DNA of 64,000 nucleotides from Heterodontus francisci (taxonomy: Eukaryota): positions 67,111,099-67,175,098 of the forward strand of contig NC_090382.1 in NCBI RefSeq assembly GCF_036365525.1. Reading direction: 5' to 3'. This document shows, in pieces, positions 29,776-42,725 of the stretch. The notes under the pieces were generated by a model, which was given only the letters and a program-made list of their open reading frames with translations, had not been told where the DNA came from and ran no database searches. Each line of letters begins with the position of its first letter. Position 1 is the stretch's first letter. The position numbers and the translations under genes are program-made.

Positions 29776-30172
29776 AGGGATCTCATTTCCTATGCACCCA
29801 TTTCCCCCCACACCAACCCCGCCAAATTTTCTCCTTTCCTAAAAGTGGTTTGTCTTCCTGGCATGGTAGCAGCTAGGTCTCGGGCACTTCATTAAAGTAG
29901 CCATTCTCCAATATATGACCTGGACAGTGATTGTCAGTATGATGTTCTTCACGGCCAATCTGTCAGCAGTTTAGCTTCAATGTTAAGGCAGCAAATTGCT
30001 GAAATTAAACATCAAACACTTCAATCAGAAGACGATGGAGGATGGGAGCATCCAAAGAACAAAGAGGTCCACACAACAAAATCTTTTTAATGTTTCATTT
30101 TGTTTATTGCCCAAATCTTAGAATGATAACACCAAAGATGGAGTGGCTTCCCTGTAATTATACAATAAAATA

Positions 30173-31425
30173 CATTTTTGAGAGATTAAAGAGAGTTCAC
30201 CACATAGATGTCTTAGAAACTTGTTATACTATACCCATAAATCCACAATTATTCATTCCAGTTGGCAATAGCACTTGTTAGGTAATACTATATTTGAGCA
30301 ATGCAATATATGACAGATTGATTAGAGTCAGGGATAGGGCTGCCAGGCAGACAAAGTTCAAGTTTCAAGGCCGGAAAACAATATACATTTGAGGACTAAC
30401 GTATTAAAAGAAAAATGATCGATTGGAGTATTTGGACACCAATTAATCAGTTCATGAATTACAGATGGAAGCCAGAATGTGACAAAGTTGTCATGTGTAA
30501 TTGCTATAGATTGCAGAGTGACTTTCATTTTATAAACTGGTGGATCAAAAACCATCATAGTCTAAAGTGTATATGTACCAGATGTAATGCATTTTCAAAT
30601 AAATGTGTAAGTTTGGTATTTGAAAAGGGCAATGTGAATTTTAGCTGTTGAAGTGTTTGAAATATATCTGGTGATTCACAAGGCAGTTAGAAAGAAGATG
30701 GTTAGTGCAGAATATGATAATCTGCACACTTGCATATTTGGCTGTTGAAAGCTATGAACCATCTTTAAGCAAGTTTGCATCTATTGCTTACAGAACTAGG
30801 ATTGTTGCATTTGTTGGGTTAGCTCCTTTGGTGGTAATCAAATAATTAGTCGGAGGGTTTCATTCTTCAAGAATTCTTCCCTAGTAGACAAAATTTAATT
30901 GCAGCAATTCTCAAACATGTGTTAAACACAATTTAGATGACACATCCATTGAATTAGAGGGCTTGGATTCAGGTTAAAAATGCATGGGCAAGTGAAACAA
31001 TATCTGAAAGTGTTAATTGTATTGGTTGGGAATTGAGTTTTGACAGCATTTGAATGATCACAAGAGCACAAACGTTTGACCGATGGAGTCTGGAAACTGT
31101 TGCCAAGCAGGAGCACTGGAAATGAGGCAAAAGTACCAAGAGAAGTGTATACCAAAAAGATGTTTGTGATTGGGGCTTTAGCCCTTAAACTGCATTTTGT
31201 GTAGAAGTTGTATATTGTGTTTTCTGGCCTTGAAACTTAAACATTGTCTGCCTGGCACCCCTATCCCTGACTCTAATCAAGCTGTCATATATTGTATTGC
31301 TTGACTATGGTATTACCTAACAAGTGCTATTGCCAATTGGAACGAATAAATGTGGATTTATTGGTATGGTATAACAAGTTTCTAAGACAGCTATGTGGTG
31401 AATTCTCTTTAATCTCTCAAAAATG
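30173..31425. mobile_element. Non-autonomous DNA transposon with ~215-bp TIRs and TA TSD (Tc1/mariner/pogo-like)
   Basis: TA|CATTTTTGAGAGATTAAAGAG ... CTCTTTAATCTCTCAAAAATG|TA; arms 30173-~30390 and ~31210-31425 are diverged reverse complements. Confidence 0.8.
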
Positions 31426-32089
31426 TAAGCAATGCATACATTTGTGGATTAATACTATGAAAGGGTCTCTTCTTAAAGTTCTGAAAGGTCAAAGCTTTCA
31501 ATTCCTTTCATGAACCTCAACAACCCCATGTACAAAGAGGTGAAGGATTTCAATGGCCACTAAATCAAACTTAGTGTAACTAGGTTCAAGGCTTTGTTTA
31601 AACAATTGTTGGAAATAAAGACAGACCTTTTACGTGTCTGACTGTAAAGTGATTGCAGGCTAGAAGACAGATTTTCTTAATAAGAGTACATCCACTACAA
31701 GATTGGAAGACTTTTATTTACCAGTCTGTTCCAATTTGGGTACATCGGTTGCACACTGAGTTAGTGGCGATTTTGAGCTGCTGAGTAATACTTCAAAATG
31801 TTCATATTGTTTTTAGATTAGCAAAAGCAGTGCATCAGCCAGTTATTTTATTTTACATGCTGTAAGTGCACATTAGGCTGATCATCTGAAAGAAAAATAT
31901 AAAACATTAGGTTAAACGTGACGTTTTATAAGAATTTAACTTACATGTATTTCTACATATTTTGTGCTTAATTTTAACTTATTGAAAGCATTGCAACATA
32001 ATTTAAGTGATCCGTAATCATTTTGTTGCTGGTAATTCATATATAAAGTATTGAATTGGTATGAATACAGCAATCTAGATCAGCATTTC

Positions 32090-32310
32090 AAAGTGTACCA
32101 AATAAAATAAGACAGGTGTAAACTTAAACCCGATCAGGAACAATTTCTCTACTTAGTGAGTATTTGCAATAATCTACCAACCAATGTAATAAAAGCAAAA
32201 ACTTTTTGGTTATTCAAGATGCAATTAAATGCTGTGATGGGAGTTAATGGAATTTAGAGGTGAGCCTCAAGGGACTGAATAGTCTATTCTCATCCCTGAC
32301 ATTGCCTATA
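32090..32310 (+). mobile_element. Old CR1 3' remnant
   Basis: atcaggaacaatttctctacttagtgagt...ttcaagatgcaattaaatg...gggactgaatagtctattc resembles a CR1 3' end. Confidence 0.5.
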
Positions 32311-33649
32311 TTGTATTCAAGAGCTAAATTATCTGTGGAAGTTAACTGCTAGGAACTGTGACAAGTTCAAGCATTGTTCTACAACAGTGAACCCAGCTTG
32401 TGGGGAAGTAATAGAAGTCTGAGATGTTAGCTGTAATTGATATTAGTATTAAGCTTTTATGGAGTCAATAGTGCTTCACTTGGAGATTTTCAAAGAATTA
32501 CCAGAATGCAGGGGCACGGAGGGAATAGTTTCTTGAGTGCAAGACTGAGAAGTATTTGCCAAAGTTGTAATTGCAAACTTGTCAGATTTGAAGAAATGCA
32601 GTTCTGTTTGATTCAGGTATAACTTGCTATTCTATACCTATATAAAATGTAATCTGAATGAGGATCTGGATCCATTCTTTATTCTGGAATATAATTTCCC
32701 TTTTTGAGAGTTGAATGCAAAAGTAGTAGATGTTAGTAATAGCCCTGTTTAGAATTTGAACTCATTTCCTTTACAATATATAAAGGAGAAAGTGAGAATC
32801 CTTACACTTGAAAGTCAAGAAAAGTCACTTTAAGCAGTTGCTTACTATTAACTAAAGTGATGACTTTTGTTGACTTTCGGTTATAAAGATTCTCAGTTGC
32901 TGCTTAATATATTGTAAAGAAAATCAGGCAATGAAACTAAAACAGATTTCTTAAATAAAGATGAAACTCTGGTGTCTAACATGCAACATGCTAAAACATG
33001 ATCAACCGAATGTTGTAGTTTCAGTGGCTGATATCCTGTGCGGTGCTTAATTATTTTTAATTTATAGATTTTATGTTTATGAAAAATTGATGAATCTTGA
33101 GGCCTTTCAAGGTTGTCTAACTTCATCAACCATTTGAGATTATCATTTTGGATGCTGAAAAGGATGCAGAATGGGTCAGTAGTGACTCATCAGTTTGAGA
33201 ACTACAAAATGTGATTAGTACAATCTTTGTCTTAGCCAATTATAAACTGTTTCTCTATTTTCAAATTGATCTTAAATGAACTGTTCCTTTTAAAGTAAGG
33301 ATGCTCTAACAGTCTTGCTAGTATTTTACATTGAGTTCTCATACTTTCAAAAAAAGTTGAAGATCTTTCTTGTAATTGGAATAGAAACTGGGAAAGATGT
33401 AGCTCATGGGAACTAAAAAGAGGCAGCAACTTGAAAAAAGGTTAGGTTTAGGCCCACAGCTCTATTGATACCTTGTGTGGATTGCTTTGACCCAGATCGA
33501 AATACCTCTTTGACCCTAAAGTTAATACATTTTCCTCAGTGGATTTTTCCAACTTTAGAGTTAATCACCCTTTGGAGCCACTTCTGGGATGTTTTTCTAT
33601 TTTTGGTGTGTGTTTTTAAATAAATGTTACCAATATTTTGTTTTTGTGT

Positions 33650-35230
33650 TCAAGCATTTCTTCATCCTGTTCCAGAAAAAGTGTTTTTCATGGAAGGGAG
33701 CCCCAGCAGTTTTGTCTGAAGATCCACAGAAATTTCTGAAATACAAAACTAGTTCAGTATATTGAACAGGATATCCAAGGCAGCAGAACATTCCTGAACC
33801 CCCTTCCCTGAAGAGCACCAACAACACTTTTTTTCAGACTGAAAAATATCAAGGGTTTTGGTCAGTTCTGTATCGTATTTGGAACATCAATGAAGAATCC
33901 AAGAACAGAAAAAATGCCGCCTTTGATGGCTATTGGAACTGTAATGTTGTCCACCCTGCCTGAGGAAAGTTTTACTTGTCCTTCCAAACCAAATCTACAG
34001 TCAACCATAGAGATGTTGTAGCGGGAAGTACAGAAAACCCGTGAGGTAGATAACCTCAATAGACTCAGGACTGACCCATGAGTTAAAGCAAAAGGGATAG
34101 AAGGAAAGCTTACACTCAAAACTATTGTTTAGGCATTAAACTGAACAAGCAAGATCTGCCTTGGAGGTGTTGAGGTGTGTGTGCCAAAGGCTAGTATACC
34201 CTCCATTCTGAATTAGAAGATTCCAAAGGGTTGTCTTGAGTCAGCAAAATCCTCGAAACCAGTAAGTAATTTGGTCAAAGCAGACTGAACAACCATTACA
34301 GCTGACAAAGACAACTGAATTGGGACACCATCCAAGGCTAGTACCAGTTACCTTTTTGAAGCAAAGGTTGAAATCAAGGCTTGTACGTCTTTGGGTCAAA
34401 ACAACACTCTGGGCTGCCAAATCTCCATAGTGATATCAAGTCTAATTCTTTCATGGTGGATGATTTTAAAGGAGGGTGGTACCCATCCAAGAACTTTACA
34501 AAGTAAAGCCTTTCATCATCCAACTGCTTTAGGTCTGTTTCAGACAAAAGATTCCCCATAAGATAAAGGATTCAAGAGGATGCAGCAAACCTGTAATGTT
34601 GCTCGTGTTCTGTCTATGTTGGCCAGAGCAGAGGCGACTAAGTCAAAGACCTACCTGGAAATATGAGTGTTAGCCGGGGCAATTATAGATCCAAGGTCAG
34701 AGGTTCCTCTTGATGACACCTTCCTGACCGTGGTGGTGGTTGGAACAATCATGGAAGACATAATAGCAGATGTTGCAGCACTATGCAGTACCAGGGCTGT
34801 CTCCAGCATCTGCTGAGGTTACTGCGACACCATGTATTACCAGAGTCTACTCGGGTTTTGAGGCAAGAGCTGGAAAGACAGTTGTGTCATTGGAAAGTCT
34901 TGATGCTTCATAAAAGACAATTTACAACGTGATTTCATTGGTGTTGAAACAGTCGATGGTACAACCAATTACAATTGCTTACGGTGCTAGATGAATCTGT
35001 CTGACCTGGAGTGTTTGTGCTTCATTTTAGGTTTGGACTGAAGACAGACTCCTGGTGAGTTCAGGTGTATCCTGCAAAAACTTCTTGTGTTCAGCACAGC
35101 CCACAACAGGATGTGCAATATTTGAAGCCTGGTATGAACATGTAGTGGAGCACTTTTAATTGGAAAAAAGCAATGTATCAACACAGAAACTGAGGATGCC
35201 AAAGCTTCACAAGTTGCTGGGTAGATTTAG
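33650..35230 (+). pseudogene. Decayed coding-like sequence of unknown origin
   Basis: One + frame reads protein-like through scattered TGA/TAG stops (e.g. DKGFKRMQQTCNVARVLSMLARAEATKSKTYLEI*VLAGAIIDPRSEVPLDDTFLTVVVVGTIMEDIIADVAAL); composition differs from the AT-rich flanks; family not recognised. Confidence 0.4.
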
Positions 35231-35244
35231 GAATTGTCTTTGAA

Positions 35245-36715
35245 TTGTAAATGCCACACCATTATTTAAGAAATGAGGAAAAGAAACAACAGCAAATTAT
35301 AGACCCATTAAACTGATGGATCTATAGTTAGACTAATATCAATTGTGGAGAAGTTACTGAAATCTAGCATGAGAGAGAGAGTAACTGAGTACTTGGACAA
35401 GTATGCACTGATCAAAGTCGGGATGGATTTGTCAAGGCTAGGTCATGTCTGACCACTCTAGTTGATTTTTTTTGAAGAGATTACTGTCATGATGGATAGG
35501 GGAATATTTGGATTTTGTATATATGGACTCCCAGAATGCATTTGATTTTCTACAGAAGAGATAATTAGCAAAAATGAGTGCATTGGAATTGGAGGTAACC
35601 ATGTGACATGGATTGCTACTTAACTGGAAGGTAGAATTGATAGAATAGGGATACAGGGTTCATTCTCTGATTGGCAGGATGTGATGAGTTGTTATTATGC
35701 AGGGATCTGAACTAGGGCAGCAGCTTTTCACCGTTTGTATCAATGACTTGGATGAAGAAATAGTGTCATCTGCAAATTTGGATATACACTAAATTAAGAG
35801 GGACAGTGAGATGTATTGATGGAACCAGGAAGATACAAAAAACAAAACAAAGACTGAGCAAAATGTGGAGAAGTGTGAGGTAATCCACTTTGGATCTGAG
35901 AAAGATAAATTGGAATATTTTCTTAAGTGTGAAAAACTAGGAGCTGTGGGGTAGTAAAGGGATTTAGATGTCCACATAAATCATTAAAAAGCTAGTGCAT
36001 AGGTACAAAAAGTAGTGAAAAAACTAATGGAATGTCTTGGTCAGACCCTATTTAGAGTACAGCATTCAGTTTTGACCACTGAACCTCAGGAAAGATATAT
36101 TGAACTTGGAAGAGATGCAGCACAGATTCATCAGAATGATACCATGGCTTAACCAGTTAAATTATGAGGATGGGTTGCATAAAGAACACAAGAATTAGAA
36201 GCAGGAATAAGCCATTCAACCGCTCAAGCCTGCTCTGCCATTTGATAAGATCATGGCTGATATGATTGTGGCCTCAACTCCACTTTCCTGTCTGCACCCC
36301 CCCCCCCCCACCCAATAACTTGGGTTAGATTCCCTAGAAGGCTAAGATGTGATCTATTCAAGGTATTTAATATGATTAAGGGATTTAATATGAAAAATAC
36401 AGAGAAACTCTTTCCTCTGGTGAGAATCCAGAACAAAAAGGCATAATAAAATTAGAGCTAGGACATTTAGGAGTAAAATCAGGAAGCAATTTTCATGCAA
36501 AGGATAGTGAAAATCTGGAACTTGCTCTCCCAAAAGGCTGTGGGTGCTGGGCCATCTTGAAATTTAAGACTAAAGTCAATAGATTTTGGTTAGGTAAGGA
36601 TGTTGAGGATATAGAACAAAAGCGGATAAATAGATTTGAGTTACAGATCAGCCATGATCTAATAGAATTGCAGAAAAGGCTCGGGGCTGAATGAACTACT
36701 CCTGCTCCTTTTTGT
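35245..36715 (+). mobile_element. Degraded CR1 LINE with an inverted CR1 3' tail nested at ~36183-36330
   Basis: NATPLFKK, GRSCLT-like and FTVCINDLDE remnants; 3' tail gatcagccatgatc. Confidence 0.8.
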
Positions 36716-37499
36716 TACATCTATATGATCATAATGCACTGTCAAAAAAAAGCTAAAATGTTAGTCCTGATAAGAAAGGTTAAGATTTTGATATGTGTAA
36801 ACTTTTAAATTAACAAGTTATAGGTGTAGTTGGATATAAAACCCGTAAAGACAGTAAGTTTACTGTTTTGAAAAAAATAGAGAAAGCAACATTTAGCATT
36901 AGCATATACTTGTTAACCTATTTTGTACACAATATAATTGTGCGTAAACAAAATTTGATTCTTGTTTCTGTAAATTTGAAATGGGAATATGCTAATTGAC
37001 TACTTTTTTCTGCATTTATAGTTTATTGAAAATTTACTCATTAAATGAAGAATGTGATTTTTTAATGGAAAAAGTACATTTCTTAAACCAAAACATATTC
37101 CTAGAATAAGTTTGTGCTAATTTGTACGAAGTTTTTGGCCTTTCTCCTGTTCATCTGTTAAAATATGTAAAATAACCTGGTAATTAGACCAAATGGGGTT
37201 ATGGGGAGGTGTGGGGGGGGTGGGGGTGGGGAGCGGGCAGTAATCAGGGGTAAAATAGTGGTGGTGGTCTTTTCCTGCAATATGGAATTTTGCTACTTTC
37301 ATCATTTTTTTTTGGAGAAAATATGGAGGAAAAACTGGCATTTTCTAGCCTTTCACTAAAAGAAATAAAATGAGAGCTTCGGATAGCTGGAGGTTGGAAT
37401 GAACCTATCTTATTAAGATTAGGATTTTTTTGATTTGTTCAGGGGATGTAGGCGTCACTGGCAAGGCCAGCATTTTATTGTACATACCCATCAGCCACC

Positions 37500-38111
37500 A
37501 TCTATACCCTGCCCCATTGAAGTGCTCATCTGAGTCCTCTGCAGTAGAACTCTTGTGTGACCTCATGCTCTGGGGAGTTGTCACCTGCGCTATCCTTGTC
37601 CCTGCCCTGGCTGCAAGCTGCTGATGCCCAGTGTCCCACTGTATGCAGATCCTGCCTCTATGCTGTCCTCTAAATTGCACGCACTGTCAATAACTGAACT
37701 GATGACTGTGAGTGTGAAATCAAGTGATGGTGCTGTGTCTTGATCATTACTACCTTGCTGTTCTTCCACTGCCTGGTCAAGATGCGCTTCTTATGCCTTT
37801 CTCCTTTCAGATGCCCATTGAGTAAGGTTGAGGTGCAGGAAGGGGTAAAGTAAGAGGTGCATTCTTATCCATCTGCAGCTTGTAAATCAGGAGAGTGTGT
37901 GGGCTGAGGAGGTGGTGGAATGTGTGAAGGAGGATTAGGTAGGAGGATATCCTCATCTTCGTTTCAGCACCTGTGATGGCCAAGATGGTCACTCACCATA
38001 TTGGCCTCCTGCTCAGGCAGTTGGTGCCGGCTGGATGCTGCAGTCATGTTAAACAGCCTGCCTTGCAAGGGTTAATCCCTGCCCGGTTTCGGCAGCTATC
38101 AAATTTAGCCC
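37500..38111. mobile_element. Probable DNA transposon fragment (Harbinger-like terminus)
   Basis: GC-richer block ending ...gctatcaaatttagccc; family assignment is a guess. Confidence 0.3.
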
Positions 38112-38290
38112 ACAAGTTCATTTAAACCACGTTCATATTAAGAAGCAAGATTGTAGGTTGTATTTAGAGGTTTCTGGCTATGAACTACTGAAGAGAAAAC
38201 GTTTATCTACCGAATCTTGAAATGACAAGCTTAACGCGATATACAAGTTGTTTTTCACGCAGTTGAAACTTTTTTCAGTGGACGCTTTTG

Positions 38291-39435
38291 GTCATTTTGA
38301 TAAGGCGTTTGATAAGGTTCCCCATGGTAGGCTATTGCAGAAAATACGGAAGTATGGGGTTGAAGGTGATTTAGAGCTTTGGATCAGAAATTGGCTAGCT
38401 GAAAGAAGACAGAGGGTGGTGGTTGATGGCAAATGTTCATCCTGGAGTTTAGTTACTAGTGGTGTACCGCAAGGATCTGTTTTGGGGCCACTGCTGTTTG
38501 TCATTTTTATAAATGACCTGGAAGAGGGTGTAGAAGGGTGGGTTAGTAAATTTGCGGATGACACTAAGGTCGGTGGAGTTGTGGATAGTGCTGAAGGATG
38601 TTATAGGGTACAGAGGGACATAGATAGGCTGCAGAGCTGGGCTGAGAGATGGCAAATGGAGTTTAATGCGGAAAAGTGTGAGGTGATTCACTTTGGAAGG
38701 AGTAACAGGAATGCAGAGTACTGGGCTAATGGGAAGATTCTTGGTAGTGTAGATGAGCAGAGAGATCTTGGTGTCCAGGTGCATAAATCCCTGAAGGTTG
38801 CTACCCAGGTTAATAGGGCTGTTAAGAAGGCATATGGTGTGTTAGCTTTTATTAGTAGGGGGATCGAGTTTCGGAGCCACGAGGTCATGCTGCAGCTGGA
38901 CAAAACTCTGGTGAGGCCGCACCTGGAGTATTGCGTGCAGTTCTGGTCACCGCATTATAGGAAGGATGTGGAAGCTATGGAAAGGGTGCAGAGGAGATTT
39001 ACTAGGATGTTGCCTGGTATGGAGGGAAGGTCTTACGAGGAAAGGCTGAGGGACTTGAGGTTGTTTTCGTTGGAGAGAAGGAGGAGGAGAGGTGACTTAA
39101 TAGAGACATATAAGATAATCAGAGGGTTAGATAGGGTTGATAGTGAGAGTCTTTTTCCTCGGATGGTGATGGCAAACACGAGGGGACATAGCTTTAAGTT
39201 GAGGGGTGATAGATATAGGACAGATGTCAGAGGTAGTTTCTTTACACAGAGAGTAGTAGGGGCGTGGAACGCCCTGCCTGCAACAGTAGTAGACTCGCCA
39301 ACTTTAAGGGCATTTAAGTGGTCATTGGATAGACATATGGATGAAAATGGAATAGTGTAGGTCAGATGGTTTCACAGGTCGGCGCAACATCGAGGGCCGA
39401 AGGGCCTGTACTGCGCTGTAATATTCTATGTTCTA
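38291..39435 (+). mobile_element. Young 5'-truncated CR1 with uninterrupted RT C-terminal half (ORF 38248-39360)
   Basis: FDKAFDKVPH, GVPQGSVLGPLLF, SKFADDTK, HLEYCVQFWSP, GDLIETYK all in one frame; CpGs retained; tail ...ggcctgtactgcgctgtaatattctatgttcta. Confidence 0.95.
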
Positions 39436-41679
39436 ATTTTAAACCGTCATGTAAGAGAAATCCACGACAATTTAATTCGTTTTATAAAAAAAGATCTGAC
39501 GGTTGTTGCAATGTTATATAATTCCCATCTGTTGTGCTTATAGTTTTTATTTACAAATCATAGTTTCGTGGAGTTAGATCGTCACTTTGCTTTGCGTTTT
39601 TTCACATTTAAAATTCAAGATCAAATAATGTTTCTGTGCTGTATAACTCTAATAACGCAAGCCTTGTGAGAACCCTACAGGCTGATTGAAATGTGACAAA
39701 CTGGTGTCTGTTGTGTACGGATAAATATATTTTTAATAAGTGTTTGAAAATCAATGAACTTGAGAAAACCCCGTTATTTATGGAATAGGATTTGATCAAG
39801 TCTCCACGTTAAGTGTGAACACGGACGTTGCTCATAAATCATAATCAGAATGTCTAAAAGCAGGAACCGACAGAAGGAGCAAATGTTCTAACAATTCTAC
39901 GATTTGAATGGTCATTTTTGAACCAGTGGAAATAAGCGAGAGATCCAGTTTGTTTTAAAATACTGCTAGATCTTGTTACAAATAAACATTCTTTAATACC
40001 ACCAGTGTTTGCAAATCGGAGTCGGGTAGTGTTAAATTTAATGCTGCGGCATCAGAGTTAAAAGATAGATTAAAATATACATAACATAAAACATATATTC
40101 TGCACATTATAGATATTAGTACAGAGCTGCAATGCTTCAATTCAAGGACCAGCAGAAAACTGGATACAAAGTGGGATCTTTGTTTCTAATTCCATTCCTT
40201 TTTATAATTATAAATGCATAAACAACATAAACTGCCACACCGACTGACAACCATCTGTCTAACTACAACCCCACAAACAAGTTGGCAGTGTGTCCAGTCT
40301 GTTTAATGACAGTCCAGTAGAATCATGCAATAATCGTGTTCATTCAGCACGGAAACCTGTTTGAACAAGACATTATCAGAGCTACAGATTAACAAGTCGT
40401 CAGTTGCAATAAAGCAAATCAAAGATGCATGGGGTGATTTAAGAATGCAGAACCACAGATTTCAAAGAAGTCATCCTTTGACTAAACATAAAAGTGTAGG
40501 AGGAATCTGGTTAGGAGTCGTGTTTCTGTCCTGGTTGATTGCTTTGGAAAAGTTAACGAACGTCCATGCTTATAACCTGTTAAAAAATGAGAGAGAAGTT
40601 CAACAAAGAAATCTTAAGCTCCAAATGTTATCGTTTTATGTTTCTCTTGGGGTCAGATTTTGTTGTATAAAGTTGTTTTGACTGAAGCAACTAACTCCCT
40701 GACAGAACTTGACAATTCTGTAGTTTAACAATTGAAGCCAATAAACATTACTGAGTATGAGTACGATGGATAACACCGCAATTTTACACCAGCATTATAG
40801 TCACTCTGAAATATCTTTTTTAATAGGATGCGTGTCTAGTCCTATTTATTCAGAGCTTTTCCCAAGCTCAGATTAACTTTAAGAATTATAATTCAATTAT
40901 TTTAAAACAGCTGTTTTGAAATTTGTAGACCTAATTGTTGAGGTATTCATATTGTTTAGCTTTATTGGCGGTCTTTAGCAGACCCGATAACGAGTGAAAA
41001 CAATTCAGTGAAACGTGGTGTTATAAAGCTAAGTATCTTCTTTTGTAGAAAAAGCTGTTATCTTAAAGCTGTGGTAAATATAGAACAATAATATTTAGTT
41101 GTCAAGTAGTTTTGAGATTTTTTGGCGCTCCAGGAAGAAGGCAAAATAGTCGGAGAAAAAGTTATAGCCCAAAAAGATAATGAAGAGTCGAAGATAACAG
41201 TGCTGGACTGGAAAACATTCAATGAGGTAGGAAGGGATCCGACCCAAATTAATCGATCAAAAAGTAGCAAACAGATGTGTGGGAAAATGAGATGCATCGA
41301 GTGCAAAATAAATATATTCGCATAAGGCAAAAAAGAGGATGAATCAAATTATCGAGTTCTGTGGATAAATAGATAGTAAAACGAATTTGAACTTAAAGTG
41401 GAAGTATATGATAAAATTAATCTAACAATACTAAAGATCATGAATACTGAAAGTTAGCGCAGGTTTTTTTGGTAAATGCAGTAGATGGATTTTTTTGAGA
41501 GATGTTTAGTAACGATATCTCATGAGAGGCTTGTTTAAGAAAAATTCAGGCGTTTGGTTTAAATGGAAATGCAGCAGCAGGGGTGGACTGAAAGGGAGCG
41601 GAATTCTTCGCTATTCGGAAAAAATGGGGTGTGGATAATACAGCGCTACGGAAACATTCGTACAGATAGATATTCAGCA

Positions 41680-42725
41680 AATCTCCCGATTTTCTATATG
41701 GCCAATCTGCTCCTTTGTAGCAGCATGAATGGAAAGCCGATTGATAGACAGGACATAAAGAGGGCAAATGGCTATTTAGACTGGACAAGAGTTGGAACTG
41801 GTAGATTCTGCGGTTCGTGCTGGGTCCAGTTTTGTTCGAAGTATATATAGATGTTTTGGGATTGGGTATATGGAGCACAGTCTTGAATTCTGCTGACAAA
41901 AACGAGAACTGTAAAATACTTCAGGAAGATATAGATTGGTTGGCAGGGTAGGAAAACAGGTGACAAATATAATTTAATGTGATAAGTGAAGTTTTGGGGC
42001 AAAAAAAAGCGAAGGATGGAAATATACAATTAATGGAAGAAAACCTGAAGGTGTGGATGAAGACGGGATTATATATGTAATTTTCTGAAAAATGCAGGAG
42101 GATAAAGCTGTAAAAACAGGCAACTGAATTTGTTTTTTTATATAAATAATGTATTTGTGAATTTACACAAACGTTAGGTCACAATTCGAATACTGTATGC
42201 AGTTTTGGGTAGTCCATTAGGGAAAGGACATTTAAGCTATATAGACCATTCAGCATAGATTCACCAGGGCAATATCAGAGATGGGAAACATGTAGATCCA
42301 AGGAGAGAATTGACATATTGGGACCATTACCATTGCAGCAGAGAAGGCTGATGGGAGACCTAATCGAGCTTTTAAAAATTATGAAGAGGTATGGTAGAGC
42401 AAATAGGTTAAGACCATCTCCTCTGTATAGGGAGCCCGTGAGGAGGGATTATCAGCTTAAAGCCATCACTAAGAGAGTGAGGATAGACATTAGGAAAAAT
42501 TTGCTTAGGCAGAGGGTTGTTGTTATGTACAATGCTTTGCCATGGCTAGTGGATGAGGCAGAGACCATTTTTTTTAAAAGGGAAAATTCATTCAATATTT
42601 GAGGCAGAGAAATAGGGCTATGGGTAGAGGGTAGTACACTGGGATTAGTTTCGGAATTCTCTAACAAGTACTGGCACAGACATGATAGGTTGAATGGTGC
42701 CTTATGTGCTATAATCGTCTGTGGC
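41680..42725 (+). mobile_element. Old CR1 LINE remnant
   Basis: GSCWVQF/ADK-type remnants, RRLMGDLIELLKIMK, 3' tail gaatggtgccttatgtgctataa. Confidence 0.7.

Noticed and set aside
31810-31850. CISQL peptide resembling the IGIP C-terminus
   Set aside because: Only a 4/5 residue match, with an in-frame stop just upstream; chance level
38248-39360. 370-aa ORF as a host or domesticated RT gene
   Set aside because: It is a 5'-truncated CR1 with a normal 3' tail; the TTG start comes from flanking DNA
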